From an uncultured archaeon (lineage in GTDB: Archaea > Asgardarchaeota > Lokiarchaeia > Sigyniarchaeales > SOKP01), in NCBI GenBank assembly GCA_964632315.1, contig CAZWEM010000008.1, positions 1 through 64,000 on the forward strand: 64,000 nt of DNA. Reading direction: 5' to 3'. Below, one piece after another: positions 39,816 through 49,098 of this stretch; the stretch's first letter is position 1, and every line of letters begins with the position of its first letter. The position numbers were made by a program, and so were the translations under genes. The notes under the pieces were generated by a model. The model was not told where the DNA came from, ran no database searches, and worked only from the letters and a program-made list of their open reading frames with translations.

Positions 39816-40697
39816 ATGCTTTTAAAAGGGAAAAATATTGTAATAACTGGCGCTGGACGTGGCATAGGCAAATCAATTGCATTAGCATGTGCAAAGGAAG
39901 GAGCTAATGTCGGATTAATTTCAAGAACTATTGAAGAATTAAATAAGACCAAAAAAGAAGTGGAAGAATTGGGAACTGGAGTGAAGGTTATTGTTAATTC
40001 CACTGATATAACAAAATTTGAAGAGGTTGAAGAGGCTTTTAAAGTGTTCTACAATGAAATGGGTTTGTTAAACAGAGTAATCGCTAATGCAGGATATTCT
40101 CGAATGTGGGCAACCCATGAATTTATAAACGAAAAATTTGCTGAAATCTTAAACGTCAATATACTCGGGGTGTTCTATACATTTAAAGCTGCATATCCAT
40201 ATTTGAAAAAGGATGATAAAAAAGATAAAGCAAGATTTATAATTACTGGAAGTGAAGCATATCCAAATGCTCCAGCAAGACTTACTGCTTATGTTGCAAG
40301 TAAATATGCTGTCGTAGGAATGCAAAAAGCAATGTCAGCAGAATACAAAAGGGAAAGTATTAATTTTACGATGGTTTTACCTACACAAGTCGATACTACT
40401 CTATTGAGAGGCAAGAATGCAGGTGATGGAAATAAACCAGATCATGTTTTAAATCCCTGGGATTTAAATGAGTATTATCTTTTTCTCCTTTCTGAAAATG
40501 CTAATAGGATCGACAATGGCTTAATCTTTACCTACGATTTTCAAGTGGTCAAAAGAGTTTTAGCTGCAGCACCAGTGGGTAAGAGGGAGAATTGGGAGGT
40601 TTTTGAAAGTTATTTTAAGGAAAATGCTCCAAAAAGTTATGATAACGTAAAAGATTATGGAAAACTAGTCGATTTTATTATCTCTCGTTCCCAATAG
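39816..40697 (+). CDS. short-chain dehydrogenase/reductase
   Basis: TGAGRGIG; ANAG; YVASK. Confidence 0.92.
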   Translation: MLLKGKNIVITGAGRGIGKSIALACAKEGANVGLISRTIEELNKTKKEVEELGTGVKVIVNSTDITKFEEVEEAFKVFYNEMGLLNRVIANAGYSRMWATHEFINEKFAEILNVNILGVFYTFKAAYPYLKKDDKKDKARFIITGSEAYPNAPARLTAYVASKYAVVGMQKAMSAEYKRESINFTMVLPTQVDTTLLRGKNAGDGNKPDHVLNPWDLNEYYLFLLSENANRIDNGLIFTYDFQVVKRVLAAAPVGKRENWEVFESYFKENAPKSYDNVKDYGKLVDFIISRSQ

Positions 40698-40854
40698 GTT
40701 TTTTTTGTTATTTGCCATAAATATGATTAGTGATTTAGATAAAATCATGATAGGATTTTAGATTGAACGGGAATGTTGACTGTTTAATTGTCGGCTCCAT
40801 CAATTTTAATATGATCAAGTTCTTTAGAAATGATGGTTTATTAATAAAGAGAAC

Positions 40855-41472
40855 ATGACGGAAAACACGGATGAAAAGCCAGAAAAAAATCAGTATACTG
40901 GTTTTATAGAAACTGAAAAAGTTTTTATAATTGACCAAGAAGCTATTGATGAATTTTATAATGCTTCATACATTGGGACTCTAGAAAATGAAGATGATGA
41001 AGAATCTCGTCTAATACTAAGTTCTGTTGAAGTTTTATTGCTTTTCGAACGGAATAGAATACAGATTTACCACAATAATGATATCGCTGAGGAGCAATAC
41101 ACTTTTGAGGAAATTTTAACGTATTTTACTCAATATGATGATAATTTATGGCAAAAATATATCATTTACATGGATTTACGAAAAAGGGGTTACATCGTTC
41201 GGACTGGATATGGTGAGGGTATTGAGTTTAGAGTGTATAAAAGAGGCGCTGATTTTGAAAAGGATTCTGCAAAATATTTAATATATCCCGTCTTTGAAGG
41301 AAATCCAATTGAATTGAGGGATTTAGATAAAATTTCAAGAGTAGCATTAGGCTCAAGAAAGGATTTGATCATTGCTACAGTAGATCGTCTAAGTAAAGCC
41401 ATATATTATAGTGTAAATAAATTTGAAATAATTAATAACGTAGAATTAAAAGAAGAGGATTATGCCAGATAA
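40855..41472 (+). CDS. endA: tRNA-intron endonuclease subunit (possibly non-catalytic)
   Basis: YMDLRKRGYIVRTG...FRVY...YLI...RVA...RKDLIIATVD. Confidence 0.85.
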   Translation: MTENTDEKPEKNQYTGFIETEKVFIIDQEAIDEFYNASYIGTLENEDDEESRLILSSVEVLLLFERNRIQIYHNNDIAEEQYTFEEILTYFTQYDDNLWQKYIIYMDLRKRGYIVRTGYGEGIEFRVYKRGADFEKDSAKYLIYPVFEGNPIELRDLDKISRVALGSRKDLIIATVDRLSKAIYYSVNKFEIINNVELKEEDYAR

Positions 41473-43102
41473 ATTTGCATGTGATACTTCAGTAATTTTT
41501 AATGGTTTGATTATTGATTTGATAGAAGATGGCGAGCTAGGGGAAAAACCTGAATTATTTGTCTCGAACATTGTGGTCGCTGAAGTAGAATATAGGACTA
41601 ATATTCAAAAAGAAATTGGATTCTTTGGGCTAAATGTATTAAAGCAGTTAAGAAAACTTGACGTTGAAGGAAAAATTACGCTTCATTTAATAGGACATCG
41701 CCCAACTCGAGAAGAAATCAAAATGGCACCTGGTGGAGAATTAGATGCATTAATAAGGAAAGGGGCAAGAGAAAATAATGCAACCTTAATTACAGCAGAT
41801 AGAATACAAGGAGATGTGGGGATTTTTGAAGGGTTAAATGTGATGCCTGTAAAAGAAAAACGCACCCCATCTCAAAAGGAGGTAAGAAGCTTAAGGTTAT
41901 TTAAATATTTTGATGAACATACAATGAGCATTCATTTAAAGCAGGATCTTCCTGTTTATGCTAAAAAAGGAAGTCCGGGTAATTGGTACATGGAACAGGT
42001 TGGGTATGAAGTTATAGACAAAAAATTAATAGAAGATCTTGCTATTGAAATTGTTGAATATGTTAGAGAAGATCCAAAATCATTTTTAGAGATTGAAAAA
42101 TTTGGAGCCGTCGTGGCGCAATTAAGAGAATTTAGAATCGTAATTACACGTCCTCCGTTCTCTAATGATATCGAAATCACTGCCGTTCGTCCTTTAGTAA
42201 GTTTAACCCTTGATGATTACTCAATTGATAAAAGGCTCAAGAACCGCTTGAATAAAGCAGAAGGGATCTTAGTTTCTGGTTCTCCAGGCGCAGGAAAGAG
42301 TACTTTCTCAGCTGCTTTAGCTAATTATTATTCAGGTCAGGATAAAGTAGTTAAAACTCTAGAAAGCGTGAGAGATCTCCAAGTAAATCCTAATATAACT
42401 CAATATACAAAATTAGAAGGGAGCCTTGAAAATTCTGCAGATATTTTATTGCTAGTACGCCCAGATTTTACAATTTTTGATGAAGTGAGAACATCTAAGG
42501 ATTTTCAAATTTTTGCTGATTTTCGACTTTCTGGAGTCGGCATGGTAGGTGTTGTTCATTCAGCTTCCGCAATTGATGCAATTCAGCGATTTATTGGCAG
42601 GATAGAATTAGGAATGCTCCCATCCATAATAGATACAATTATATTTATCGAAGCAGGAGACATTTCAAAAGTATTAGCAATTAAAATGACAGTAAAAGTT
42701 CCCTCTGGATTTCGTGACAAGGATTTAGCCAGACCCGTAGTTGAAGTTCGTGATTATTTAACAAAAGCATTAGAATATGAGATGTATTCATTTGGGCAAG
42801 ATATAGTTGTAAATCCTATAAATCCCTCACGATCTAAGAGGAGACACATATTAAATTATGATGATACAGATAGAAACAAAAAAATTCATCTTGACGTCAA
42901 CATTTTCAGGCAAAAAGTTCGGATAAGTGCTGATCCAGAGTACGCAAGTCAAAATATAATAATCTATGCAAATGATCAAGCGATTTTCTCGGGTTCTTTG
43001 AGTAGGAATGCTGATATGTCACTTTCCCTTTCCAGTAAAGATGGAAGGAAAATCGCAAAAGAGTATAATAAATATAAGGATATTTATGGTAAGCTTAAGT
43101 AG
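41462..43102 (+). CDS. PIN-domain P-loop ATPase (PINA, Holliday-junction branch-migration ATPase family)
   Basis: N-terminal PIN (DTSV...DALIR...LITAD); GSPGAGKST; LLVRPDFTIFDEVR; RIELG. Confidence 0.9.
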   Translation: MPDKFACDTSVIFNGLIIDLIEDGELGEKPELFVSNIVVAEVEYRTNIQKEIGFFGLNVLKQLRKLDVEGKITLHLIGHRPTREEIKMAPGGELDALIRKGARENNATLITADRIQGDVGIFEGLNVMPVKEKRTPSQKEVRSLRLFKYFDEHTMSIHLKQDLPVYAKKGSPGNWYMEQVGYEVIDKKLIEDLAIEIVEYVREDPKSFLEIEKFGAVVAQLREFRIVITRPPFSNDIEITAVRPLVSLTLDDYSIDKRLKNRLNKAEGILVSGSPGAGKSTFSAALANYYSGQDKVVKTLESVRDLQVNPNITQYTKLEGSLENSADILLLVRPDFTIFDEVRTSKDFQIFADFRLSGVGMVGVVHSASAIDAIQRFIGRIELGMLPSIIDTIIFIEAGDISKVLAIKMTVKVPSGFRDKDLARPVVEVRDYLTKALEYEMYSFGQDIVVNPINPSRSKRRHILNYDDTDRNKKIHLDVNIFRQKVRISADPEYASQNIIIYANDQAIFSGSLSRNADMSLSLSSKDGRKIAKEYNKYKDIYGKLK

Positions 43103-43151
43103 TAATTCAACTTCCACTTAATTAAATTTTTAAAGATTTTCAACATTTCGT

Positions 43152-43913
43152 TTACTGCGACTGATTTTTATTTAAATCTTTTACTCGTTCAATAATTGGA
43201 GGAAAAACATCACTTATAAGTTCAAAAAACCTAAGATCCGCTAAATCATCATATGGAGTTTCACCCTTATTCAAAATTATCAGCTTTGCTCCATTTTTTT
43301 TAGCATATCCTGGCATATTTGCTGCTGGAGATACTACTAATGATGAACCAATGACGAAAAATACATCTGATTGTTCCGATCTCCGAATCGCTTCTTCTAA
43401 TTCTCCCAAGGGTAAGGGATCTCCAAAGTTAACAATGCTTGATATCACTCTTCCTCCGCAACGAGGGCAACTAGGCTGGCCATTTTTTACTTTACCCGTT
43501 CGATATCCCTTTCCCCATTGTTTTTTGTCCCAACCTACTTCCTCAAATGTCATTTTTGCATTGCAGCTCAGGCATTTTAGGAAATAAAGATTGCCATGTA
43601 ATTCTGACATTAACTTAAATGGAATACCGGCCTTAGCATGAAGTCCATCCACATTTTGGGAAATTAAATAATCAAGTTTTCCCATTTCTAATAACTCTAC
43701 TATAAGATAATGTGCTTGATTTGGTTTAACTTGATCCCAGGAAGGCGATTTTGGTGGGGGCAAGCCGGCATCTCTTCTCGTCCAGACTCCATCAGGACCG
43801 CGGAAATCTGGAAGTCCGCTATCCGTCGATATTCCCGCACCAGTAAAAACAACTAGTTTTTTAGATTCATAGATCCATTGAGCAGCGAGATCGATTTTTT
43901 CTTCTAATTCCAT
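43152..43913 (-). CDS. cobB: Sir2/CobB NAD-dependent deacylase
   Basis: TGAGISTDSGLPDFRG; SQNVDGLH; ELHG; CxxC...CxxC; GSSL. Confidence 0.93.
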   Translation of the reverse strand: MELEEKIDLAAQWIYESKKLVVFTGAGISTDSGLPDFRGPDGVWTRRDAGLPPPKSPSWDQVKPNQAHYLIVELLEMGKLDYLISQNVDGLHAKAGIPFKLMSELHGNLYFLKCLSCNAKMTFEEVGWDKKQWGKGYRTGKVKNGQPSCPRCGGRVISSIVNFGDPLPLGELEEAIRRSEQSDVFFVIGSSLVVSPAANMPGYAKKNGAKLIILNKGETPYDDLADLRFFELISDVFPPIIERVKDLNKNQSQ

Positions 43914-44069
43914 AATATCATTTAGTGATTAGTCTTTTAAAAAGTAAGATGTGGCATAAATATTGATGCTTGCCACCTCCTAACTAAGTCAAAATACGAC
44001 CATTCTGAAGTTTTAATAATCTTAAAAATATGTAATCTATATATTTTCGACTTCAATTATGGTATTATA

Positions 44070-44357
44070 TTAATAATCCCCTTGCTTCCCTAATTTAGAG
44101 AAAAATAATAGTTTTAGTAAATTTACATAATGATCACTAATCGAATATTCCGGAATATTAGTTGCATCTGAAATTAGTTTCTGTGTAAGAATTGCTTTCT
44201 GATAATTTTCTTGAGCGAGTAACTTATCAGCTAAATAAATAACAGCACCAGTCAAAATTAACAGATTTCTTCCCTCTCTATGCCATCGGGTTAATTTAGC
44301 TAAAATTTGTCTTGATTTTTGAGTTAATCTACTCTGAAATTCTTCTTTTGTCCACAA
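44070..44357 (-). pseudogene. 5'-truncated fragment of a TFB/TFIIB-like cyclin-repeat protein
   Basis: GRN..ILTGAVIYLA...LTQKLISDATNIPEYSI resembles the second TFB cyclin repeat. An in-frame stop lies just upstream; no Zn ribbon. Confidence 0.55.
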
Positions 44358-44553
44358 TTCTTACATTTTTTCATTTTCTTTATCTTTTGATTTATACACT
44401 CCTATAGTATATTAGAGGGTCAACGAATTTATATAAACAACTGGTATTGAAATCATAAATTTATATTACAATGCGATCATATATGAAATTCTCTTCTATA
44501 TCGCTTTCATACCGGGATGTAGATGTTTACTCACATCTTAAGTCCACTTTAAG

Positions 44554-45294
44554 CTAAATAGGTTTTAATTTCTTGTCTAATTCTGCTAATAATGTTAATA
44601 AGTTATCGAGGAGATCATAATTCTTTATTGCCATAAAGGGATCTTCGATGTCTCCAACATTAGATAAAGTATGAGAGTCACATCCAATTGAAACGGCAAT
44701 CATCCTTTCTTTTATCTTTTGGAAGAATTGCGTGTATTTTGTGGAATAATATTGAGAATAACTGGAATTGAATTCGAGAAAGATGTTAAATTCGGCTATG
44801 AACGAAAAAAGGACTTCCATATCATTAAAAATAAAGAAAGACGGATCAAAATGTGCCAATCCCAATATGGGTATTTGAGTCTCATTATAAGATACTTTCC
44901 AATTGGTTATGATATTTTTCGAAAATGAGATAGCTTCTGGACTTTCGAGGTATTCAAAGAGGATGAGATCAAAATCATTTGGTTTAATTAAACTTGAAAT
45001 ATAATTGTGGGAACTACTTAAATCAATTTCTATTCCTTTTAATACTACTAGTTTCTGCTTATTTTCTCTCAGTTGATTATTAATGATTTCAATTTCCTCC
45101 AGGTAATTTTCGATTTTTTCACGATTATTTAATGTGGGGATGATATTGGATTTCCAAGAGTTTGAGAAATGATCTGTAATTGCGATATATTCTAAGTTCG
45201 CATTTAAAGCACTTTTTACGATTTCTTCAATGGAATTCTTTCCATCTGAATATTTGGTATGGATGTGAAGGTTTATTCTTCTACTTATTTTCAC
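44554..45294 (-). CDS. PHP domain protein
   Basis: NLHIHTKYSDG; ITDH; GIE; AH; GCDSH. Confidence 0.9.
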   Translation of the reverse strand: MKISRRINLHIHTKYSDGKNSIEEIVKSALNANLEYIAITDHFSNSWKSNIIPTLNNREKIENYLEEIEIINNQLRENKQKLVVLKGIEIDLSSSHNYISSLIKPNDFDLILFEYLESPEAISFSKNIITNWKVSYNETQIPILGLAHFDPSFFIFNDMEVLFSFIAEFNIFLEFNSSYSQYYSTKYTQFFQKIKERMIAVSIGCDSHTLSNVGDIEDPFMAIKNYDLLDNLLTLLAELDKKLKPI

Positions 45295-45297
45295 TGA

Positions 45298-47154
45298 TCA
45301 TATACCAATTGACTTTAATTCTCTATTTGTAATCCAGAGTAAAGTTCCAGATAAGACAAGAACAATCCCAAGTATTATCATTATGGAAGAATAAATATAA
45401 TTGATGGTGTTAGGGAGAATGACAGTTGAATTAATGATGACTTCACCTATGCTTAACTCATTATCAATGTTGAGATACCCAATCCAAAGTAAGATGATTG
45501 CTGAAGTTATTTGTATCAAGGATAAAAAATAATTCATATAATGTATAAATTTTGCCCTCTTTTTTCCCAACTCGATAATTTGACCCGTTCCGATGCTAAT
45601 TACAACTTTTTCTTTATCAATTTTCTTTACAAAAAAATACACTAACTCCCGTAAAGGAATTATGTCAAAAATCGCAGTTGCAAAGGTAATTACCGTGATA
45701 ACTGTTAGAATTCGATTAATAATGACTAAGGTAATATTAACTTCAGTTAAATTATTGATCAACCAGATAAAAAAGCTCATTATCAATGCAAGGAAAGTTT
45801 TGATTCCTGCTAAAGTTAAGGATTTCGAAGCTCGATCACTAATTGAAATTAAGAAATATCCAATCCCTATTGATAAAATGATTAATCCAAGTAAGACTGC
45901 TTGAGGAGAAAAGAAAAATAATGCAAGCACTACAAAACTTCCACTCAAGATAAAGGGGAGGATGGGAAAAAATGGGGCTTTAAATGGGCGATCTAACTCT
46001 TTTCGTGTTCTTCTCAGCTTCACAGCAGCATAATTAATAAAAGCAAGGCCAAAGAAATATATAAACGTGGTTGTTTCTGCAGCCAATCCAATGCTAGCAA
46101 AATAAGTGAAGACAACTGAGATTAATGTTGTTAGTGATAATGCAAGTACCGGCATTTGCGTTGTTTTTTTTATTTTTTGGATTGTCTCAGGTATATAGCG
46201 GTCTCTAGCTAAAGCTGTTATTACACTTACACCTGAACCCAAACCAGCGTTTATTGCAATCATAGTTGAAATAAAAGCTGCTGCTGCCATTAAATAAAAA
46301 CCAAAAGGTCCTAAAATGTTTCCTAGAACGTCAGCTAATAAGACTGGGGTTTCACCTATATGTGGTGGCGGATTACCGATATTAACCAACACCACGAATG
46401 TTATAGATAAATAAATTATCAATGATATCGTGATCGCGAGGATATTGATTCTTGGTATATTTCTTGAAGGATTTTTAACTTCTGAATTTAAGTATGATAA
46501 ATTTGAGATGATTGGAGTGAATAAAATAAAGAGCAATGGTAAGGCACTTATCACGGGAATTATTTGTATGGGTCGTAAAAGAACTGAATAATCAACTGAT
46601 GCAGTTATTGGTGCTATAAGCAATCCAGAAAAAACAAATATCCCAAATAAAATTATTAAAACAACTGTGAATAATATCAAGACTCTGATAGCAATTTTTT
46701 GAGTTCGGAAAAATACTAGACTCGTGAAGAGAATAGCTATGATTGCGATAGATACCATAATAAAAGGATTTATATTTACTCCAAATAGATTAAATATTTC
46801 CCCAAAAACTGCTGAGAAAGTAAGGGCTGAAAAGGAACACGCAGAGATATTTCCAATCCAGAGAAAAAATCCGATTATAAATGCTAAAAAACCCCCTAAT
46901 CCTTCTTTACTAAAATTATACGCTCCTCCAGCAAGTGGTAGACTAGTAGACAATTCTGCATAATTTAGTGCGGTAAAAAATATTAAAACACCACCGAATA
47001 AGAGACTAAATAACACTCCTGAATCTGCAATGTCAATACCCGTGCCTAAAAGTACGAAGATCGATCCCCCAATTCCACAACCAACTCCGTATAAAATAGC
47101 TTGGGAGAGGGAAAGAGATCTTTGTTTCACTTTATGTTCTTTAGTCTCATTCAA
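45298..47154 (-). CDS. APC family amino acid permease with C-terminal membrane extension
   Basis: GCGIGGSIF; YAELST..P.AGGAY; EVKNPSRNIP; ARD; RPFKAP. Confidence 0.9.
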   Translation of the reverse strand: MNETKEHKVKQRSLSLSQAILYGVGCGIGGSIFVLLGTGIDIADSGVLFSLLFGGVLIFFTALNYAELSTSLPLAGGAYNFSKEGLGGFLAFIIGFFLWIGNISACSFSALTFSAVFGEIFNLFGVNINPFIMVSIAIIAILFTSLVFFRTQKIAIRVLILFTVVLIILFGIFVFSGLLIAPITASVDYSVLLRPIQIIPVISALPLLFILFTPIISNLSYLNSEVKNPSRNIPRINILAITISLIIYLSITFVVLVNIGNPPPHIGETPVLLADVLGNILGPFGFYLMAAAAFISTMIAINAGLGSGVSVITALARDRYIPETIQKIKKTTQMPVLALSLTTLISVVFTYFASIGLAAETTTFIYFFGLAFINYAAVKLRRTRKELDRPFKAPFFPILPFILSGSFVVLALFFFSPQAVLLGLIILSIGIGYFLISISDRASKSLTLAGIKTFLALIMSFFIWLINNLTEVNITLVIINRILTVITVITFATAIFDIIPLRELVYFFVKKIDKEKVVISIGTGQIIELGKKRAKFIHYMNYFLSLIQITSAIILLWIGYLNIDNELSIGEVIINSTVILPNTINYIYSSIMIILGIVLVLSGTLLWITNRELKSIGI

Positions 47155-47192
47155 GGAATATCAACTACTCGATGCATTTAAGCTTATGAAAA

Positions 47193-48659
47193 TCAAGATT
47201 TTTCTAAATGAAATACTCCTGAAGCAATCGTGAAGAGTGCTCCAATGACTAACAAAATCCCAAAAATAGGAGAATTCATATTTCCAAAATCTATAATATT
47301 AACCCAGAATCCTATTCCCAATATTATGAATACTAATCCCATTGCGATTAAGATACCCCCAAAAAATTTAGATAATCGATATATGGTCGACAATAATTCT
47401 AATCTATGGATCCTGCTCTCTTTATCTCTGATTTCCTCTTCTTGGCTTTCTAATTCTGTTTTTAATTTTTGAAGTACAGCTCGGGCGTCATTAGTGGTTT
47501 GATCTATAACTTCCTTTGATTTTATGAGTTTATCGTGTTCGGCCTGCATATCTTCCAATTTCTCAGTTAAAGAATTTAGGCGTTCTTCACGTTCTATGTA
47601 TTCACTATTGGATGATTCTATATCATTTTTTAGATCCTGCAATCTTTTTTCGTTTGCTTCTATAAGATTTGTCTTGCTAGTAATTTGCTCTTGAAGTGAA
47701 CCAAGAGTCTCATTTGACTCCTGTATTTTAGACTCTAAACTAATTACATCTTGTTGTTTTTCAGTCAATTGTAGTTTATATTTAGAAAGAAGTTCTTCAT
47801 AGGTTTCTCTTTGTTTCTCCATTTCTGGAAATCCTTCTTTATAATCCTCGATTTGATTTTCTATTGTTTTGAGCCTTTGCTCTTTCTTTTCTATTTGATC
47901 AGATAATAACTTTTTTTCTTCCTCTTTTGCTTCTATTTCTTTATCAGAATGTTCTAACTCGAATTTATTTTTACCAATAGATACTTTTAATGTTTCATTT
48001 TCTGCTGTTAGACTCTTAATTTTTTTATCGAGAGCTTCGGCATCTTCCTTTAAATTATTAAGTAGATATTGTTTCTCCTCAATTTCTTGATTCATTTTAC
48101 TAAGTTTATTTCTTAATTCGTCTTGTTGAGAAACTTTTTCCTTCACGCTGTCTGTTAATACAATTAAATCAACTTGACGTGTTTCATAAGATTTGACTAA
48201 TTGTTCGTTATTTTTTAGCAATTCTTGATATTCATCTTCTAAATTGCTTTTACTTTCTTCAATAATTTCTATACGTTCTTCAAGATTCTTGAGATCTTCA
48301 TTTTTCCGGTTATATTTTTCTTGTAAGTTTTCAATTTCTTCTTGTAATACGGTTAAATATTCCTCTTTATCGTCTACTCTTTTCTTTACTGCTTCAAATT
48401 GTTCTTTTAATTCTAAAAGTTGTTTGGAAAGTTCTTCAACTTCTTCACTTTCGAGTTCTAATTCCTCTTCTTCCTTTTTGCCATTATTAATTGTATCGGA
48501 TATATCTTCAATGCTATTTTCAAAGCTTCTTAATTTTTTATCAATAATATCTCTTGAATCCTTTGCTTTCGATAAGAACTCTTTATCTACACGATCAAAA
48601 TCCTTTTCTGATTTACTTTCGGGTTTCTCTTGCTTCTCTTCTTCAATTTCGTCCGTCAT
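47193..48659 (-). CDS. long coiled-coil protein with C-terminal two-TM anchor
   Basis: About 400 aa of E/K/L/Q-rich heptads followed by two hydrophobic helices. Confidence 0.85.
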   Translation of the reverse strand: MTDEIEEEKQEKPESKSEKDFDRVDKEFLSKAKDSRDIIDKKLRSFENSIEDISDTINNGKKEEEELELESEEVEELSKQLLELKEQFEAVKKRVDDKEEYLTVLQEEIENLQEKYNRKNEDLKNLEERIEIIEESKSNLEDEYQELLKNNEQLVKSYETRQVDLIVLTDSVKEKVSQQDELRNKLSKMNQEIEEKQYLLNNLKEDAEALDKKIKSLTAENETLKVSIGKNKFELEHSDKEIEAKEEEKKLLSDQIEKKEQRLKTIENQIEDYKEGFPEMEKQRETYEELLSKYKLQLTEKQQDVISLESKIQESNETLGSLQEQITSKTNLIEANEKRLQDLKNDIESSNSEYIEREERLNSLTEKLEDMQAEHDKLIKSKEVIDQTTNDARAVLQKLKTELESQEEEIRDKESRIHRLELLSTIYRLSKFFGGILIAMGLVFIILGIGFWVNIIDFGNMNSPIFGILLVIGALFTIASGVFHLEKS

Positions 48660-49098
48660 TTTACTAGTTTTTTGAATTTTAGGATTTTTAATTGTTAATA
48701 GAATAAAAGTAGAGTTTGACTTATAAAATTTAATTTTTATTTAAATAGGAAAGTTGATCAAAAATTTGCTTAAACTGATATTGATATGAATAATCAATCA
48801 TTTTATTTATCTTACAAGCTTTCTTATGACTAGACGTCATTACACGTATTTAAACTTTTAACTTTTATTTCAGATTATATGCTGATCTTTATGCAATTGA
48901 ACGATAAATTTATAAAGGAATAATTTCTGGAGCCTTTTTTTTTCTGAAACAAAAATTTAGTCGAGTGAGGTTAAATCACGGAGAATAACTACCCAAACTC
49001 ATTATCAGCTAGATATTCTTATAAGATGACTTCAAATTTAGATCTTATAGATTTAATTTTAGGGGAGTGTATTTCATTGGATAAAATTATTTAATTAT

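Noticed and set aside
43152-43913. Sir2 as an anti-phage NADase
   Set aside because: It is a canonical Zn-binding CobB-type deacylase without defence-associated partners.
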